Shown one piece after another: positions 32,201 through 41,982 of a DNA stretch of 64,000 bases. Position numbers and translations under genes: made by a program. Positions within the stretch are counted from its first letter, which is position 1. The number at the start of each line of letters is the position of its first letter. This DNA comes from a virus, in the IMG/VR virus record IMGVR_UViG_3300028920_000032, positions 1 to 64,000 of that record; one strand, 5' to 3'. The notes under the pieces are model-generated. The model had not been told where the DNA came from. It worked only from the letters and a program-made list of their open reading frames with translations, and searched no databases.

Positions 32201-33965
32201 CTTCATATAAAGTAAATTTGCTATCAATATAAGGATATACACTATTCCTTGTGATTGTGCCATTTAAATAGTCTATTATATAATCATTATTTGGATAATT
32301 ATAATCATTTGTTGATAGTGTATTTTCTTCATATGTGGCTCTAGTATCTAATGACCAAGCATAAGTTCTTTCACCTGGATATACTGGAGCTTGAGGTATG
32401 GATTGTTCATCTCCTGTCGCAAAATTGATTTGTACATATTCTTCTTGATTTGAATCTTCATAATATTGTACAAGAACAGTGTCAGTTGCCGCAATATTGC
32501 CACCAGTTAATCTAACTATAGTTCTTGATTCTAGATCAATAACAAAATCATTTCCAGGTGAATATAGTGTACCATGCATTAAATCACTTACTCTTAAGTT
32601 TGAATAATCATTATGATGTGCATTATCTTTTAATTTTGTTAATTCAATTTGTTGTTCACCAGACTGAAATGTAATAAACTCTTTGTCTCTTGGTCCATAA
32701 GGTTGGTATGGTCTACCAATTCTCATTGAGATTGGATAACTATATGTTTCAAAAGATTCCCATCCTAATTTATTTATTACTGGATATATCCAAGATTCAA
32801 ATGGAGGTATGTGATAACCAAAATCATCATATATTTCATCTGGCTCATTACTTTTCCCATATGTTATACTATTCATTATAGTTGAATTGTCTTGAAGTAA
32901 CACTACAAAATCTGTTGGGTTAACTGTTTTTTCAACAGTAGTCAAACTTAGTGGACCATACCTTCTAGCATGTTCTGTAGTTTCTGATTCAGATCCACCA
33001 CTACCAGATGTTAAATTGACAAAACTTATCTGTAGAGTATTGCCCGCGGCAGTAATATTTGTAGTATAATTTATAGAATTCAATGTAATATTTCCAACTG
33101 ATCCACTAGTAACTCTATACCAAACCATTATTTCATCTAAACCATTTGGGTTAAATGTTGCTACTACTGCTGATTCCCCAAAAACTAAATAAGCACTGTT
33201 TTCTTCAGTATTTTGTATTTTACATGGTGGCAAATCAATATCACTAGCGTCTTGCGCTTCGGGACTTATAAAAGATGTTACTATAGTTAATTCTTTTTTA
33301 GAAATTATATTACCATCACCATCTCTTGAAACTTTCCATACTCTGATTGATCCTTCTTCAATGCCAACTTTAGAAAGTTTTATATATTCATTATCAATAC
33401 CTGACATAGTGAAGAATTCACGATAACTTCTTCCTTCATAAAAAACTAAATCGCTATGAAACAGTGTTGGTGAAACTTGATAACCTGTATCAAATTCATA
33501 GGAACTACTTGTTCCTTCATATATATATTTATTGTTATCGTCTTTATTTAATAATTCAAAATATACTCTACTCCCATCTAAATCAGTTGCCGGAACTGTA
33601 TATCTCGCTGGAATAGCAAATGGATCTACCCAGCTATTTATTGTTGCTTTTACAGTACATGCTGCTGTTGTGGGAAGAGTCAATCTATAATTTATTAATT
33701 TTAGTATATTCATTAAATTAGTTTTTTGAGTTGCTGTCGGTTCAAAATTTTCATTAGCAACCCAATCAATTCTATCTGCTAATATAGACATTACAAATGC
33801 AACTACTTCAATTGTTACTCTGCCAGCATTACTGCTTAAAAAGTCATCTACATTGGAAAAATAGTCTGGATGATTTGTAATTAAATCACTAACTAATGAA
33901 ATTATACTATCATAATCGAGGCTAGTATAATCAATACGAGCTAATTCTGGTAATCTTACGCTCAT
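29208..33965 (-). CDS. baseplate wedge subunit, T4 gp6-like / baseplate J family, with large insertions
   Basis: N-terminal IDYTSLDYDSI...NVDDFLSSNAG...IEVVAF...ANENF..TA; YRVTSGS.GN and GGSESET..H.R..GP motifs. Confidence 0.85.
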   Translation of the reverse strand: MSVRLPELARIDYTSLDYDSIISLVSDLITNHPDYFSNVDDFLSSNAGRVTIEVVAFVMSILADRIDWVANENFEPTATQKTNLMNILKLINYRLTLPTTAACTVKATINSWVDPFAIPARYTVPATDLDGSRVYFELLNKDDNNKYIYEGTSSSYEFDTGYQVSPTLFHSDLVFYEGRSYREFFTMSGIDNEYIKLSKVGIEEGSIRVWKVSRDGDGNIISKKELTIVTSFISPEAQDASDIDLPPCKIQNTEENSAYLVFGESAVVATFNPNGLDEIMVWYRVTSGSVGNITLNSINYTTNITAAGNTLQISFVNLTSGSGGSESETTEHARRYGPLSLTTVEKTVNPTDFVVLLQDNSTIMNSITYGKSNEPDEIYDDFGYHIPPFESWIYPVINKLGWESFETYSYPISMRIGRPYQPYGPRDKEFITFQSGEQQIELTKLKDNAHHNDYSNLRVSDLMHGTLYSPGNDFVIDLESRTIVRLTGGNIAATDTVLVQYYEDSNQEEYVQINFATGDEQSIPQAPVYPGERTYAWSLDTRATYEENTLSTNDYNYPNNDYIIDYLNGTITRNSVYPYIDSKFTLYEAADVGTFPYSNSTASINVKGAINDELIISFDGLNREVLNADHDFKFGAFNGWSAAGTGSNITMSNGITYSFKMAVDSGDYVEYSFTYVGGIDDPVPIRDKSAATDLYTEILACSPAFPTSTVELFADYWHYPSSPKLTFMSKTSGITSRIQLADGTTGTNLFSLSFMDLDSDDQDNFGEDISIVELATRCRSVLNVLGLCDGYTGQEIVSGSAEYPEIYSRANIYDYTDFHMNSTIGRKVKFTLSGTQSHNVTKEVLFANVETYEPYDLRDIQDRMDLIKYMNLDLADASNGFNGSGVVEAIWLRTEDGYYRIGFRLLDVDWTSTPTIKVEEVAADGTIGGLHILRFGDGQTTNDDNLVEIKVSPNSDMVNNHYLRFKLYGAFGATAKIQVKANNAIHNNTLDLMQLGDDQVSYGTGILANTIMSEKDLIGDGSYTFSLDTDDRFNLTITSIPEGDGDYIITIPAATYNIDSLVVAINTALTTADKSGSPTDISDRLICEKVEGENKIRFRLISYDTSASNPPDVEINDNDDATINKKCIDILGFTIGRKMSDHSTIILHYNGDYISDADSDTSESTSIVNYLVDNRLIHQDYIIQDPTFTPFDVVGTVYLEKGFDPDTIKSQVIANLEAAFLISEREFSENLTSSSIIDVVKETEGIDSLIISYLGKDYQLYKKYIDNDKPAIIEGTLPAEYVKTRWESNSSFKITLDGCTVGGVNYDGEYLVTIGNGWTDRDYDSLLDYIQHGDGSTGGLQHATNLAMGKGIADLTNAIIVSHSSGIFKFTTINEGQSVMIKLESPGQILTKGYQTFTRTSLILETEYTKSASYKITVEIDGDGGAEYTITSPASGDWPLYQIADLLEAQLPATALAGIDNEGKIRITSLLGGYSSTIDITAGGANNLLALLTSADTAVDGTAGYTDCLTDAVNGTLNIGSPITEYGTPDEPTLADKEDIYNYRVEIPAKYNEIIYLSNDYFYGTSTLISSQLHGIIFTYVEVGQ

Positions 33966-33994
33966 TTATTTGTTCCCTCACCATTAAAAAATAT

Positions 33995-34321
33995 TTATAA
34001 ATTCTTAAAGAATGTTATTATGAATTCATGTTTATTTTTAAATAAATTATTTAATTTATTTTTATTTAATTTAAATAATCCTGAAAATGGACTTTTTTGA
34101 TCACATTTTATAAAAGTTCCGTTCACTCCCATAGTATACCTATTGTTAAAATAATTATTTTCACTAAATATATATGTAAAATTATAATGTGGTATCAGAG
34201 GACCATACCCATCCTCCCTTGCGTCTATTATACCATTGTATCTCATAATTGTTATAGTGCCTCTACTGCGTCCGCCATCATAAAAATAATATAATTCACC
34301 TTTTTTAATATCTTTGATCAT
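33995..34321 (-). CDS. hypothetical protein with C-terminal HEFIITFF motif
   Basis: 108 aa, GAGGAAG SD. Confidence 0.65.
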   Translation of the reverse strand: MIKDIKKGELYYFYDGGRSRGTITIMRYNGIIDAREDGYGPLIPHYNFTYIFSENNYFNNRYTMGVNGTFIKCDQKSPFSGLFKLNKNKLNNLFKNKHEFIITFFKNL

Positions 34322-34339
34322 ATTATTCTTCCTCTCATT

Positions 34340-34816
34340 TTATTCAAATATACTCTTTATCAATTTATAATAATCTTTATGTTCAATAGGCCAACCATTT
34401 GTATTTATATAAAATTCAAAATTATTTATTCTAGCTAAAGCTCTGCCTTCTTTGAAATTGCCAACATCATCATAAATTATAGGCGTTGTCACTTTGCCAT
34501 TTAGATCAATATGGCCATATTTACCATTTTTCTGCTGGACCCAAGCTCTGCCTTCAGAGAAATAGCCAACATCATCATAAATTATTGGCGTTGTTATATT
34601 GCCATTTAGATCAACATGACCACATTTGCCATTTTTCTTAACCCAAGCTCTGCCTTCTTGGAAATAGCCAACACTATCATAAACTATAGGCGTTGTCACT
34701 TTACCATTTAGATCAACATGACCCTCTTTACCATTTTTCTGGACCCAAGCTCTGCCTTCATTGAAATAACCAATGTTATCTAAATTTAATTTTTTCTTTA
34801 TTTGTTCTTTAGTCAT
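34340..34816 (-). CDS. WG-repeat protein
   Basis: 35-aa repeats F.EGRAWV.KNGK.GHVDLNGKVTTPI.YD. Confidence 0.85.
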   Translation of the reverse strand: MTKEQIKKKLNLDNIGYFNEGRAWVQKNGKEGHVDLNGKVTTPIVYDSVGYFQEGRAWVKKNGKCGHVDLNGNITTPIIYDDVGYFSEGRAWVQQKNGKYGHIDLNGKVTTPIIYDDVGNFKEGRALARINNFEFYINTNGWPIEHKDYYKLIKSIFE

Positions 34817-35184
34817 TTAAACAAACCTTTTATCAATTTATAAAAATCTTTGTGTTCAATAGGCCAACCATTTGTATTTATATAAAATTCAAAATCATTT
34901 ATTCTAACCCAAGTTCTGCCTTTATAGAAATTGCCAACATCATCATAAATTATTGGCGTTGTCATTTTACCATTTAGATCAACATGACCCTCTTTACCAT
35001 TTTTTTCAACATAAGCTCTGCCTTCATAGAAATCGCCAACATCATCATAAACTATAGGTGTTGTCACTTTACCATTTAGATCAACATGACCATATTTGCC
35101 ATTTTTTACAACTATTGCTCTGCCTTCTTGGAAAGAGCCAACGCCATCTAAATTTAATTTTTTCTTTATTTGTTCTTTGGTCAA
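34813..35184 (-). CDS. WG-repeat protein (TTG start)
   Basis: same repeat; paralogue of 34340..34816. Confidence 0.85.
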   Translation of the reverse strand: MTKEQIKKKLNLDGVGSFQEGRAIVVKNGKYGHVDLNGKVTTPIVYDDVGDFYEGRAYVEKNGKEGHVDLNGKMTTPIIYDDVGNFYKGRTWVRINDFEFYINTNGWPIEHKDFYKLIKGLFK

Positions 35185-35189
35185 ATCTC

Positions 35190-35555
35190 TTACATACCTT
35201 CTGGAATATCATAATTTAAAGTTATTTCTTCAGTTTCAGTGTTATCAATTCTTTGAGTATATAGATGTATTCTTAAAGCATGGTCTTCTTCTATATATTC
35301 AGTTTGAACTTCAATAATTTTTATTCTAGTTTCTATTTCAGCTAATTTACTATGTATTTCTACTGCTAAATCTTGTAAAGTATCTGCAGTTATTGGCATA
35401 AAGACTTTGTTTCTCATTCCTACACCAAATGTTGGCCTCATTACACGTTCACCTGGAGTAGTCATAAGTATTCTTATTATTGATTCATAAATTAAATCTT
35501 TGCCTTGTTTAATAGAAAACCAATTTTTGTTATAGAAGCCAATGCCCCTAGCCAT
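35190..35555 (-). CDS. baseplate wedge/sheath initiator, GPW/gp25 family
   Basis: ESI.RILMTTPGERVMRPTFG motif. Confidence 0.9.
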   Translation of the reverse strand: MARGIGFYNKNWFSIKQGKDLIYESIIRILMTTPGERVMRPTFGVGMRNKVFMPITADTLQDLAVEIHSKLAEIETRIKIIEVQTEYIEEDHALRIHLYTQRIDNTETEEITLNYDIPEGM

Positions 35556-35568
35556 TTTATCTTCCTTG

Positions 35569-35586
35569 AGAGTACAATTGTACTCT
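35569..35586. promoter_or_regulatory. perfect 18-bp palindrome AGAGTACAATTGTACTCT upstream of gp25-like gene
   Basis: direct reading; lies between an AAGATAAT motif and the RBS. Confidence 0.55.
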
Positions 35587-35633
35587 ACAATCAGTTTTAA
35601 TTATCTTTGAAGTTATTATAAATAGGTTTGTTT

Positions 35634-38600
35634 TTATGTCGGTAAATCTACTGGTCTTATCCCTTCAACTATATTAGAATATTCGCTTTCTCTAACAATT
35701 CTTCCAGCTACAACTTCTACGGCTTTTACTTTATAATATTCTGGAACTCCAATAAGAGCTCCAGTGCCAGAAGCTGCTTTTGCTAAGCCATCAGTGAATA
35801 AATCTAGCCAATTTGTACCAAATGTACCTTTTGTAATACTTATTGTTGCCCTTTCACCCTTAGCATTGCTAGTAAATTTAATTCGATAAAATATACCATC
35901 ATGAGGATGTTCTAATTCAACTAGTTCACAAGTTAGATTATTTAAACCATTTCCAAAAGCTGTATTAAGACTATTTACCATGTTTTGACAAGTCCATGTC
36001 CCCGATGCTGGTGATGTAATATAATATTGATAAATAGTTGGCAAATATGTATCTTCTGCTGTAACCATAACAATTAAATAATATCTTATATTTGCTGTAT
36101 AATCAGTATCAGCAATTCCATCGCTTGTTGAAGAAAAAGAATCTAATAAATATTGTTCAGCAGGATATTGATCTATAAAAGTTATATTAGTTTCTATATA
36201 TTCATTTCCATCATCCTGTGAAACATAACTAAATGGGGAAGTTTCAGCAGGAGCTTTATATATTACATAACCATTTGCGCCAGATAAAGAATTCCAATTT
36301 AGTGTAACTTTTTCTTTATCTGTTGTTGTAGCTGTTAATGTAATAGTTTGCCACAATCTTTTACCATTTGAATTTTCAGTTATTTCTGACATTTCTGATT
36401 CATATTCTATAGTTAAATTATTTGAATCATCATAGTATTCATATTCACTTGAATCAGCAACGGCTGTAATTCTATACCAGTATGCTAATCCTGGGAGAGC
36501 ATTTGTATCTTCATAATAAGTATTTGTCGTATTATCAATTAAAATATATCCACTAGTTCTTAATGTTGATCTATAAATATAATATTTAGATGCATTAACA
36601 GCAGCATCCCATTCTATTCTAGCATGTAAACTACTTGGGGTTACGCCATTATCGTGTATTCCGCCAACTTTTATATTTTCTGGAGGATTCCAAAGTATAG
36701 CTCCAGTTTCACCATGAGTTGTTTTATCTCCACTATATTCTTCACTATGCCACTGTGACATACTATCCCAATCTTTGTCATTTATTGTACCACCACCAAG
36801 TGTAACATCACCACTGGCACTCCATCCATTATCAACTTGTATACGATAATAATAAATTTTACCTTCTTCTAAATTAGTGACACCAGCAACTGCACTGTCT
36901 GGCGTTGTACTTAATGCTGTAAATAGATCAATTCCTACTGTACCAGCTGTTAATGCGATGGATGAGGAGCTTCCATATGTGTTGGATGTAATTCTTATAT
37001 CAGTACTTTCAATAGTCGAACTAAATCCATATTCTTCTTCTTCAGCAAGTTCATTTATTATATTTGCTAATGCTTCCCAAGATTGACAATCAGCTCCAAT
37101 CAATACTATTTCAATTGCACTAGCTCCATCAACTGAAACTTTAAAACTATATTGCGTCATATTATTATTAAGCGGAGGAGTAGCATTAAGATCTGCAAAA
37201 TTTAACCCAAATTCTTGATAACCTTGATAAGCCGCTATGTCTTCTAATATATTTCTAGGATTTTGGAAGAAATCATAATTTGGTGGATCACCTGGATCAG
37301 TATAATCATATTGTGATGAATTACCATAAGGAGTTGTAAATGTATTCCATGATCCATTTTGACCTTCTTTTCTTTCAATTCTATAGCTAGAAGCAGAAAC
37401 TACAGAATCCCACTCTAAAATAATCCTGTCTGATTCCGTCGTAGATATTGTTATATTTAATGGAGATATGTCATAAGTTTTAGCATTGGTTATTACATTA
37501 TCCATTAAATCTTCTAAATCTTGAATTTCATTATCTGGAGTTGTTCGTATTGCAGATACATAAGCATCATAATAACCACGATATGCCATAGATAGTGATC
37601 CACTAGTTCTATTTAATCTTTGATTAACAAAATACCATTTCCAATAGTATAATTTACTACCATAAAGTGTGCCAGAATTATTTTCATTAGCTGCTGAATT
37701 TGTTGTTGGTTTCCAAGATTCACTTGAACCAAGTTGGTACCAAGTATCATTTGTAGCATGTTTTCCAAGTAGTTGATATATTTCTTCTCTTCTGTCTGGT
37801 ATGTCCCCAGATTGTGCACCACTATATGAGCTTCCAGAGAAAGCAATTAAAGCATTTAAATGAGTTGTTATTAATGCATCTAAATCATCATCATCCCATC
37901 TTGAATCATTTTCATCCCAGTCATTTGTGGCGGGATCACCTACTGCTGATTTCCAGTTACTTAACCAAGAAGACCAACTTGTATTCATTGTATTTGCTGC
38001 ACTTTTTCCAGGATCTGTTAAGTTTGTTTTCTCGTTTATAACTTCATAATTATATCCAATAATATCATTTAAATCTGATTGAATTGTTGATATAAGGGAG
38101 CTAATTGCATCTATTCTAGTTTCAAATTCTTCATGATATTGACTATATACTGAGCTCCAAATATTTTCACGACCGTCAGAAGCTGTTCCTTTTTTAACTG
38201 TGTCAATCATTGTTGGGTTTTTTATGAATTCTCTTTCAGCATCAAGATCTTCATCACTAAGATCTCCATCACCAGGAGTTGGCCAATAAGCATCAGTATA
38301 TGTATAATTCCACTGATATGGACTAATTCCACTATATGATGCACTATCAATATATATTATCCACCCTTCATCTGTAGCAGATGCGTCATATACTGCATAC
38401 CACCCTTCTCCAGCTAAAGGGTCTGGATCTCCCGCTCCACATGATATATGAAAAGATCCAGTAGTTGTACCTGAATGACCGGCAATTATCTCTGTATATT
38501 CTGAAGATGTTCCATTACCTGTTCCCCAATATGTATATCTCATTCTTTCAAATGGACTTGGGCTAGTTTCTGGCGCGCCAGCATCAATATCATCTATACC

Positions 38601-39296
38601 ATAATCTCCTAATGTTGAATCTAATCTAGTAAAGCCTGCATCTACATGAGTTGTATATGAATCTATTAAAATATTTGTTCTATAAACCCATCTACCATCA
38701 TATATAATTTTTCCCCAAAGTAAATTATTCTCGTCACCATAATGTTCTAATGGTTCTTTCATAGTAAAGTTCGAACCTGTTTCAAATGGGTTGGCTGCAT
38801 TTGTATATACTGTGCTTGGTTCAGCATTAATCCAAGCTACATCATCATCTGAGCCTAAGCTACTATATTTTTGATTTAGCAATACAAATGGATGTCTTTG
38901 GTATGGAACTTCTTTAGCATTAAATCTCATATATTCATAAGTGCTTAAAGTAGATATGTCAGTAAAAAAGAATTCTTCTTGTTGTCTTGATGCATCTGCA
39001 TTTTGCCACCATGTATTTGTTGGTGGTATATTAGGAGGATCATTAGTTTCACTTGGAGATAAATTAGCGGCTGAATCATAAACATAACCAATCATATGTT
39101 TAAGTTCATCATAGTGTTCAACTATTAAATCATTTATATGTTTATAGCAAGCTTCTAACAAATATGTTTCTGGTTGTCCAGTTGAAATAGTTCCATCTCC
39201 GTCTATGATATCTGTATAATATTCATAATTAGTGATTCCATTATAATATTTTTGTATTAAGTTTGCGCGTTGTTCTTTTTGACTTTCAGCTTCCAT
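35634..39296 (-). CDS. virion structural protein with fibronectin type III domains
   Basis: IILEWDSV..ASSYRIER; IEWDAA..ASKYYIYRS...YYEDT...GLAYWYRITAV FN3 signatures. Confidence 0.8.
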   Translation of the reverse strand: MEAESQKEQRANLIQKYYNGITNYEYYTDIIDGDGTISTGQPETYLLEACYKHINDLIVEHYDELKHMIGYVYDSAANLSPSETNDPPNIPPTNTWWQNADASRQQEEFFFTDISTLSTYEYMRFNAKEVPYQRHPFVLLNQKYSSLGSDDDVAWINAEPSTVYTNAANPFETGSNFTMKEPLEHYGDENNLLWGKIIYDGRWVYRTNILIDSYTTHVDAGFTRLDSTLGDYGIDDIDAGAPETSPSPFERMRYTYWGTGNGTSSEYTEIIAGHSGTTTGSFHISCGAGDPDPLAGEGWYAVYDASATDEGWIIYIDSASYSGISPYQWNYTYTDAYWPTPGDGDLSDEDLDAEREFIKNPTMIDTVKKGTASDGRENIWSSVYSQYHEEFETRIDAISSLISTIQSDLNDIIGYNYEVINEKTNLTDPGKSAANTMNTSWSSWLSNWKSAVGDPATNDWDENDSRWDDDDLDALITTHLNALIAFSGSSYSGAQSGDIPDRREEIYQLLGKHATNDTWYQLGSSESWKPTTNSAANENNSGTLYGSKLYYWKWYFVNQRLNRTSGSLSMAYRGYYDAYVSAIRTTPDNEIQDLEDLMDNVITNAKTYDISPLNITISTTESDRIILEWDSVVSASSYRIERKEGQNGSWNTFTTPYGNSSQYDYTDPGDPPNYDFFQNPRNILEDIAAYQGYQEFGLNFADLNATPPLNNNMTQYSFKVSVDGASAIEIVLIGADCQSWEALANIINELAEEEEYGFSSTIESTDIRITSNTYGSSSSIALTAGTVGIDLFTALSTTPDSAVAGVTNLEEGKIYYYRIQVDNGWSASGDVTLGGGTINDKDWDSMSQWHSEEYSGDKTTHGETGAILWNPPENIKVGGIHDNGVTPSSLHARIEWDAAVNASKYYIYRSTLRTSGYILIDNTTNTYYEDTNALPGLAYWYRITAVADSSEYEYYDDSNNLTIEYESEMSEITENSNGKRLWQTITLTATTTDKEKVTLNWNSLSGANGYVIYKAPAETSPFSYVSQDDGNEYIETNITFIDQYPAEQYLLDSFSSTSDGIADTDYTANIRYYLIVMVTAEDTYLPTIYQYYITSPASGTWTCQNMVNSLNTAFGNGLNNLTCELVELEHPHDGIFYRIKFTSNAKGERATISITKGTFGTNWLDLFTDGLAKAASGTGALIGVPEYYKVKAVEVVAGRIVRESEYSNIVEGIRPVDLPT

Positions 39297-39307
39297 ATAT
39301 TATTTCC

Positions 39308-39772
39308 TTAAGAAGTTTTTACTTTATCTGAAGCAGTTGTAATTTTTCCTTTTACTTTTGTTGGAAGTAAAGGTTTAAGTGCACCGAATAATGCCGCAAC
39401 TACTGGGCTTGGTGCATTTGGCGGATGTGGAGTAGCTAAGTTTGTTTGAAGTGTACTAACTAAAGCTTCCATAAAAGACATGAATTGAGAATCTGTAGTC
39501 ATATCAATTGTTATCTCATCATCTTTTCTTGCAATGCCTTTTAATTGTCCGCCACAGTTTAATTTAATTTCGGGTGCTTTTATTTCTGCAGTCTTTGAAT
39601 TATCTTTAACTAATATATCATTAATGACAATTGCTATAGCTTCTAATAATTCTATGATAGTAGGCGCGTTTTTAGCCATCTCATTTCTTACTGGATTCAT
39701 GTTGAAACCTTTCTTCTCAGCTTCATCTTTTAATTTACTAAAAATGACATCTTTATCAAATATTTTAGCCAT
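39308..39772 (-). CDS. baseplate spike-associated protein
   Basis: IARKDD...GKITTASDKVK resembles the spike C-terminal motif; downstream of gp5-like gene. Confidence 0.55.
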   Translation of the reverse strand: MAKIFDKDVIFSKLKDEAEKKGFNMNPVRNEMAKNAPTIIELLEAIAIVINDILVKDNSKTAEIKAPEIKLNCGGQLKGIARKDDEITIDMTTDSQFMSFMEALVSTLQTNLATPHPPNAPSPVVAALFGALKPLLPTKVKGKITTASDKVKTS

Positions 39773-39784
39773 TATATTTTCTCC

Positions 39785-40705
39785 TTAATACTCACTCTCT
39801 ACTGAATCTAAAGCTTCCATTGCAGTTGATATACTATCAAGTGGAGTTGCCGCCACTGGGTAACCACCAAAGAAATCATAGACCGTACTACCAAATGCAG
39901 CCGGACCTAGTTTTTCTAACATGAATGATAAAAGTAACATTCCATATTTTACTGATGCTTCTTCAGGATTAGATACAAATTCTTGTAATATAGTTACTAT
40001 CAATGTTATCTGATCAACCTGTGGTTGAACACTAGCTAATTTTGTTGCTATGTCTGCTAACGCACTTTGTACTATAGGTGAATTAGGACCTAGAAATTTT
40101 GACAATATTGCTTTTGGTGTAGCAGCAATTGCTGATGGTAATTTAATAAGTGTCTCAATTAAATAACTAGCCATATCAATTAATGCAGTAGTAATAGCAC
40201 CAGTTTCTGTACCATTAAACCAGTATGCTAAAATGGTATCAGGTGTCATTGATTGTCTAGTCATTGAAAACGAATAAGCCCAAACATCATCCATATTTAT
40301 TGTTGTCACAGCAGTTGAACTTTTTCTACCCGATTCAGTAGTAGCTGACATTGTTACTTCTACTGGTGTTTCATCTTCAGTGTCATCTCTATCTGCCCAA
40401 CCATGTACTTGAGTAATTTCTGTTAGTGGAAACTTTTCATTATATATTTTATATGACATGCCATCAATTGTAGAGGTAGTCTTAAAATTATTCTCTTTAA
40501 TAAATCTAAATTCATAAACTCTTTCTGCAGGGTTATTAAGAGCGTTAGCAACTAGTTGTTGAACTCTTGGATCATTTCTTTCTAATGCTTCCATTTCTTC
40601 TGTTGGCGTATATCCTTTAATAACAAGTGTTAATCGGTCTGGAAATTGTTCTTCAGGAATTCGAATTATTAATTTTTTAAATTTATTTGTATTAACATTA
40701 GCCAT
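39785..40705 (-). CDS. hypothetical baseplate-cluster protein
   Basis: 306-aa ORF coupled within the tail operon. Confidence 0.7.
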   Translation of the reverse strand: MANVNTNKFKKLIIRIPEEQFPDRLTLVIKGYTPTEEMEALERNDPRVQQLVANALNNPAERVYEFRFIKENNFKTTSTIDGMSYKIYNEKFPLTEITQVHGWADRDDTEDETPVEVTMSATTESGRKSSTAVTTINMDDVWAYSFSMTRQSMTPDTILAYWFNGTETGAITTALIDMASYLIETLIKLPSAIAATPKAILSKFLGPNSPIVQSALADIATKLASVQPQVDQITLIVTILQEFVSNPEEASVKYGMLLLSFMLEKLGPAAFGSTVYDFFGGYPVAATPLDSISTAMEALDSVESEY

Positions 40706-40711
40706 TAAACA

Positions 40712-41620
40712 TTAACCCCCAACAATAGTCTTTGTAGATCCTACATGTGTTTGCATGCATGTGAATGGACATATACAATTTGATGTTACTACACCGGCAG
40801 CTCCAAATTCACCAGGAGGCCCAACTACTAATGTTTCTCCATCGATTTTTACAACTAATCCATTTATATTAATTGATCCATTTTCTAAACTTTGAATATT
40901 TATTTGACACTTATCAGAACCTTTTATATTTATAAATCCTTCTTTAACTGATAACTCATCTCCCAATGCAGATTTCATTGTTATTCCACTGTCATCTATT
41001 GTGATCTCATGCACTCTTCCATCAGCTGTTCTAACTCCTAAAACAAGTGCACCATCTCTTAATGATACATATGAAGAAGATGATGTTGAAGTAGTAATTC
41101 CGAATGGTTCATACTCATAATCTAATTGATTTTTGTGGATGAGTTCCATCTTTGATTCATTTATAACAATTAAATTTTCTACCGAATTACTATCAGATTG
41201 AGTATCTGGATTGTCAATAGAAGGATACTGTGTTTTTAATATTATAGTTGTTGGATCGTTATTTGCTTCAGCAGGTATACTAGGTACTGTTTCAACAACA
41301 GGATATCCAACTGAATCACTTGCTTCTTCATTTATCTTTTTTAATGGTGCAAATGGATAAGCTCCAATCCATACTGGGAAATTAGAATTTCCATTTTCAA
41401 ATATAACATAACCATCAGCATGAATAGGTGGAAGCATGAAAAAACCCATACCAGACAAGCCACCATATGGTGTCAATACGGGACACCATGTATGTGATTC
41501 TTCGTTATAATTGAGTACACCATCTCTTTGATATATATGCACTAATATTTTATTCATTCCCGTTGGGTCATTGTTATCTAAACATTTTGCTCTATATATA
41601 CCAAACAATTTATTTTCCAT
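40712..41620 (-). CDS. central spike, gp5/gpV OB-fold protein without lysozyme domain
   Basis: GIYRAKCLDNNDP...W......YGG..GMGFFMLPP......V.FENGN...PVWIG; C-terminal CICPFTCMQTH putative metal-binding tip. Confidence 0.85.
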   Translation of the reverse strand: MENKLFGIYRAKCLDNNDPTGMNKILVHIYQRDGVLNYNEESHTWCPVLTPYGGLSGMGFFMLPPIHADGYVIFENGNSNFPVWIGAYPFAPLKKINEEASDSVGYPVVETVPSIPAEANNDPTTIILKTQYPSIDNPDTQSDSNSVENLIVINESKMELIHKNQLDYEYEPFGITTSTSSSSYVSLRDGALVLGVRTADGRVHEITIDDSGITMKSALGDELSVKEGFINIKGSDKCQINIQSLENGSININGLVVKIDGETLVVGPPGEFGAAGVVTSNCICPFTCMQTHVGSTKTIVGG

Positions 41621-41631
41621 ATTAACTATCC

Positions 41632-41964
41632 TTATATTAATATTCCTATTAAAGTATTATAATCTGGTATTAAAATTGACCTATCAACATAGAAATCTTT
41701 AGGATGCCACAAATAATTATATCCCATTATTACCCAAAATAAATATGGTGTACCATAATGAAGATTTGAGATATTGTCAGGCCTATATTCATATTTTGCT
41801 TCTATTTTCCAAGCTTCAGAAGCGACATTCGATCTTATACGATTTAGTAGTGTAAAATTCTTTTTACCAAGTCGCATTACTTTTATGTCACTATCATAGA
41901 TAGTAAAATATTGTCTTAATCTAGAATATATATTATTAGTAGGTACTTCGCCTTCTTTAGCCAT
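41632..41964 (-). CDS. baseplate wedge protein, gp53/LysM-like
   Basis: EYRPDNISNLHYGTPYLFWVIMGYN motif. Confidence 0.85.
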   Translation of the reverse strand: MAKEGEVPTNNIYSRLRQYFTIYDSDIKVMRLGKKNFTLLNRIRSNVASEAWKIEAKYEYRPDNISNLHYGTPYLFWVIMGYNYLWHPKDFYVDRSILIPDYNTLIGILI

Positions 41965-41982
41965 CTTTTACTCCTTGTTATA

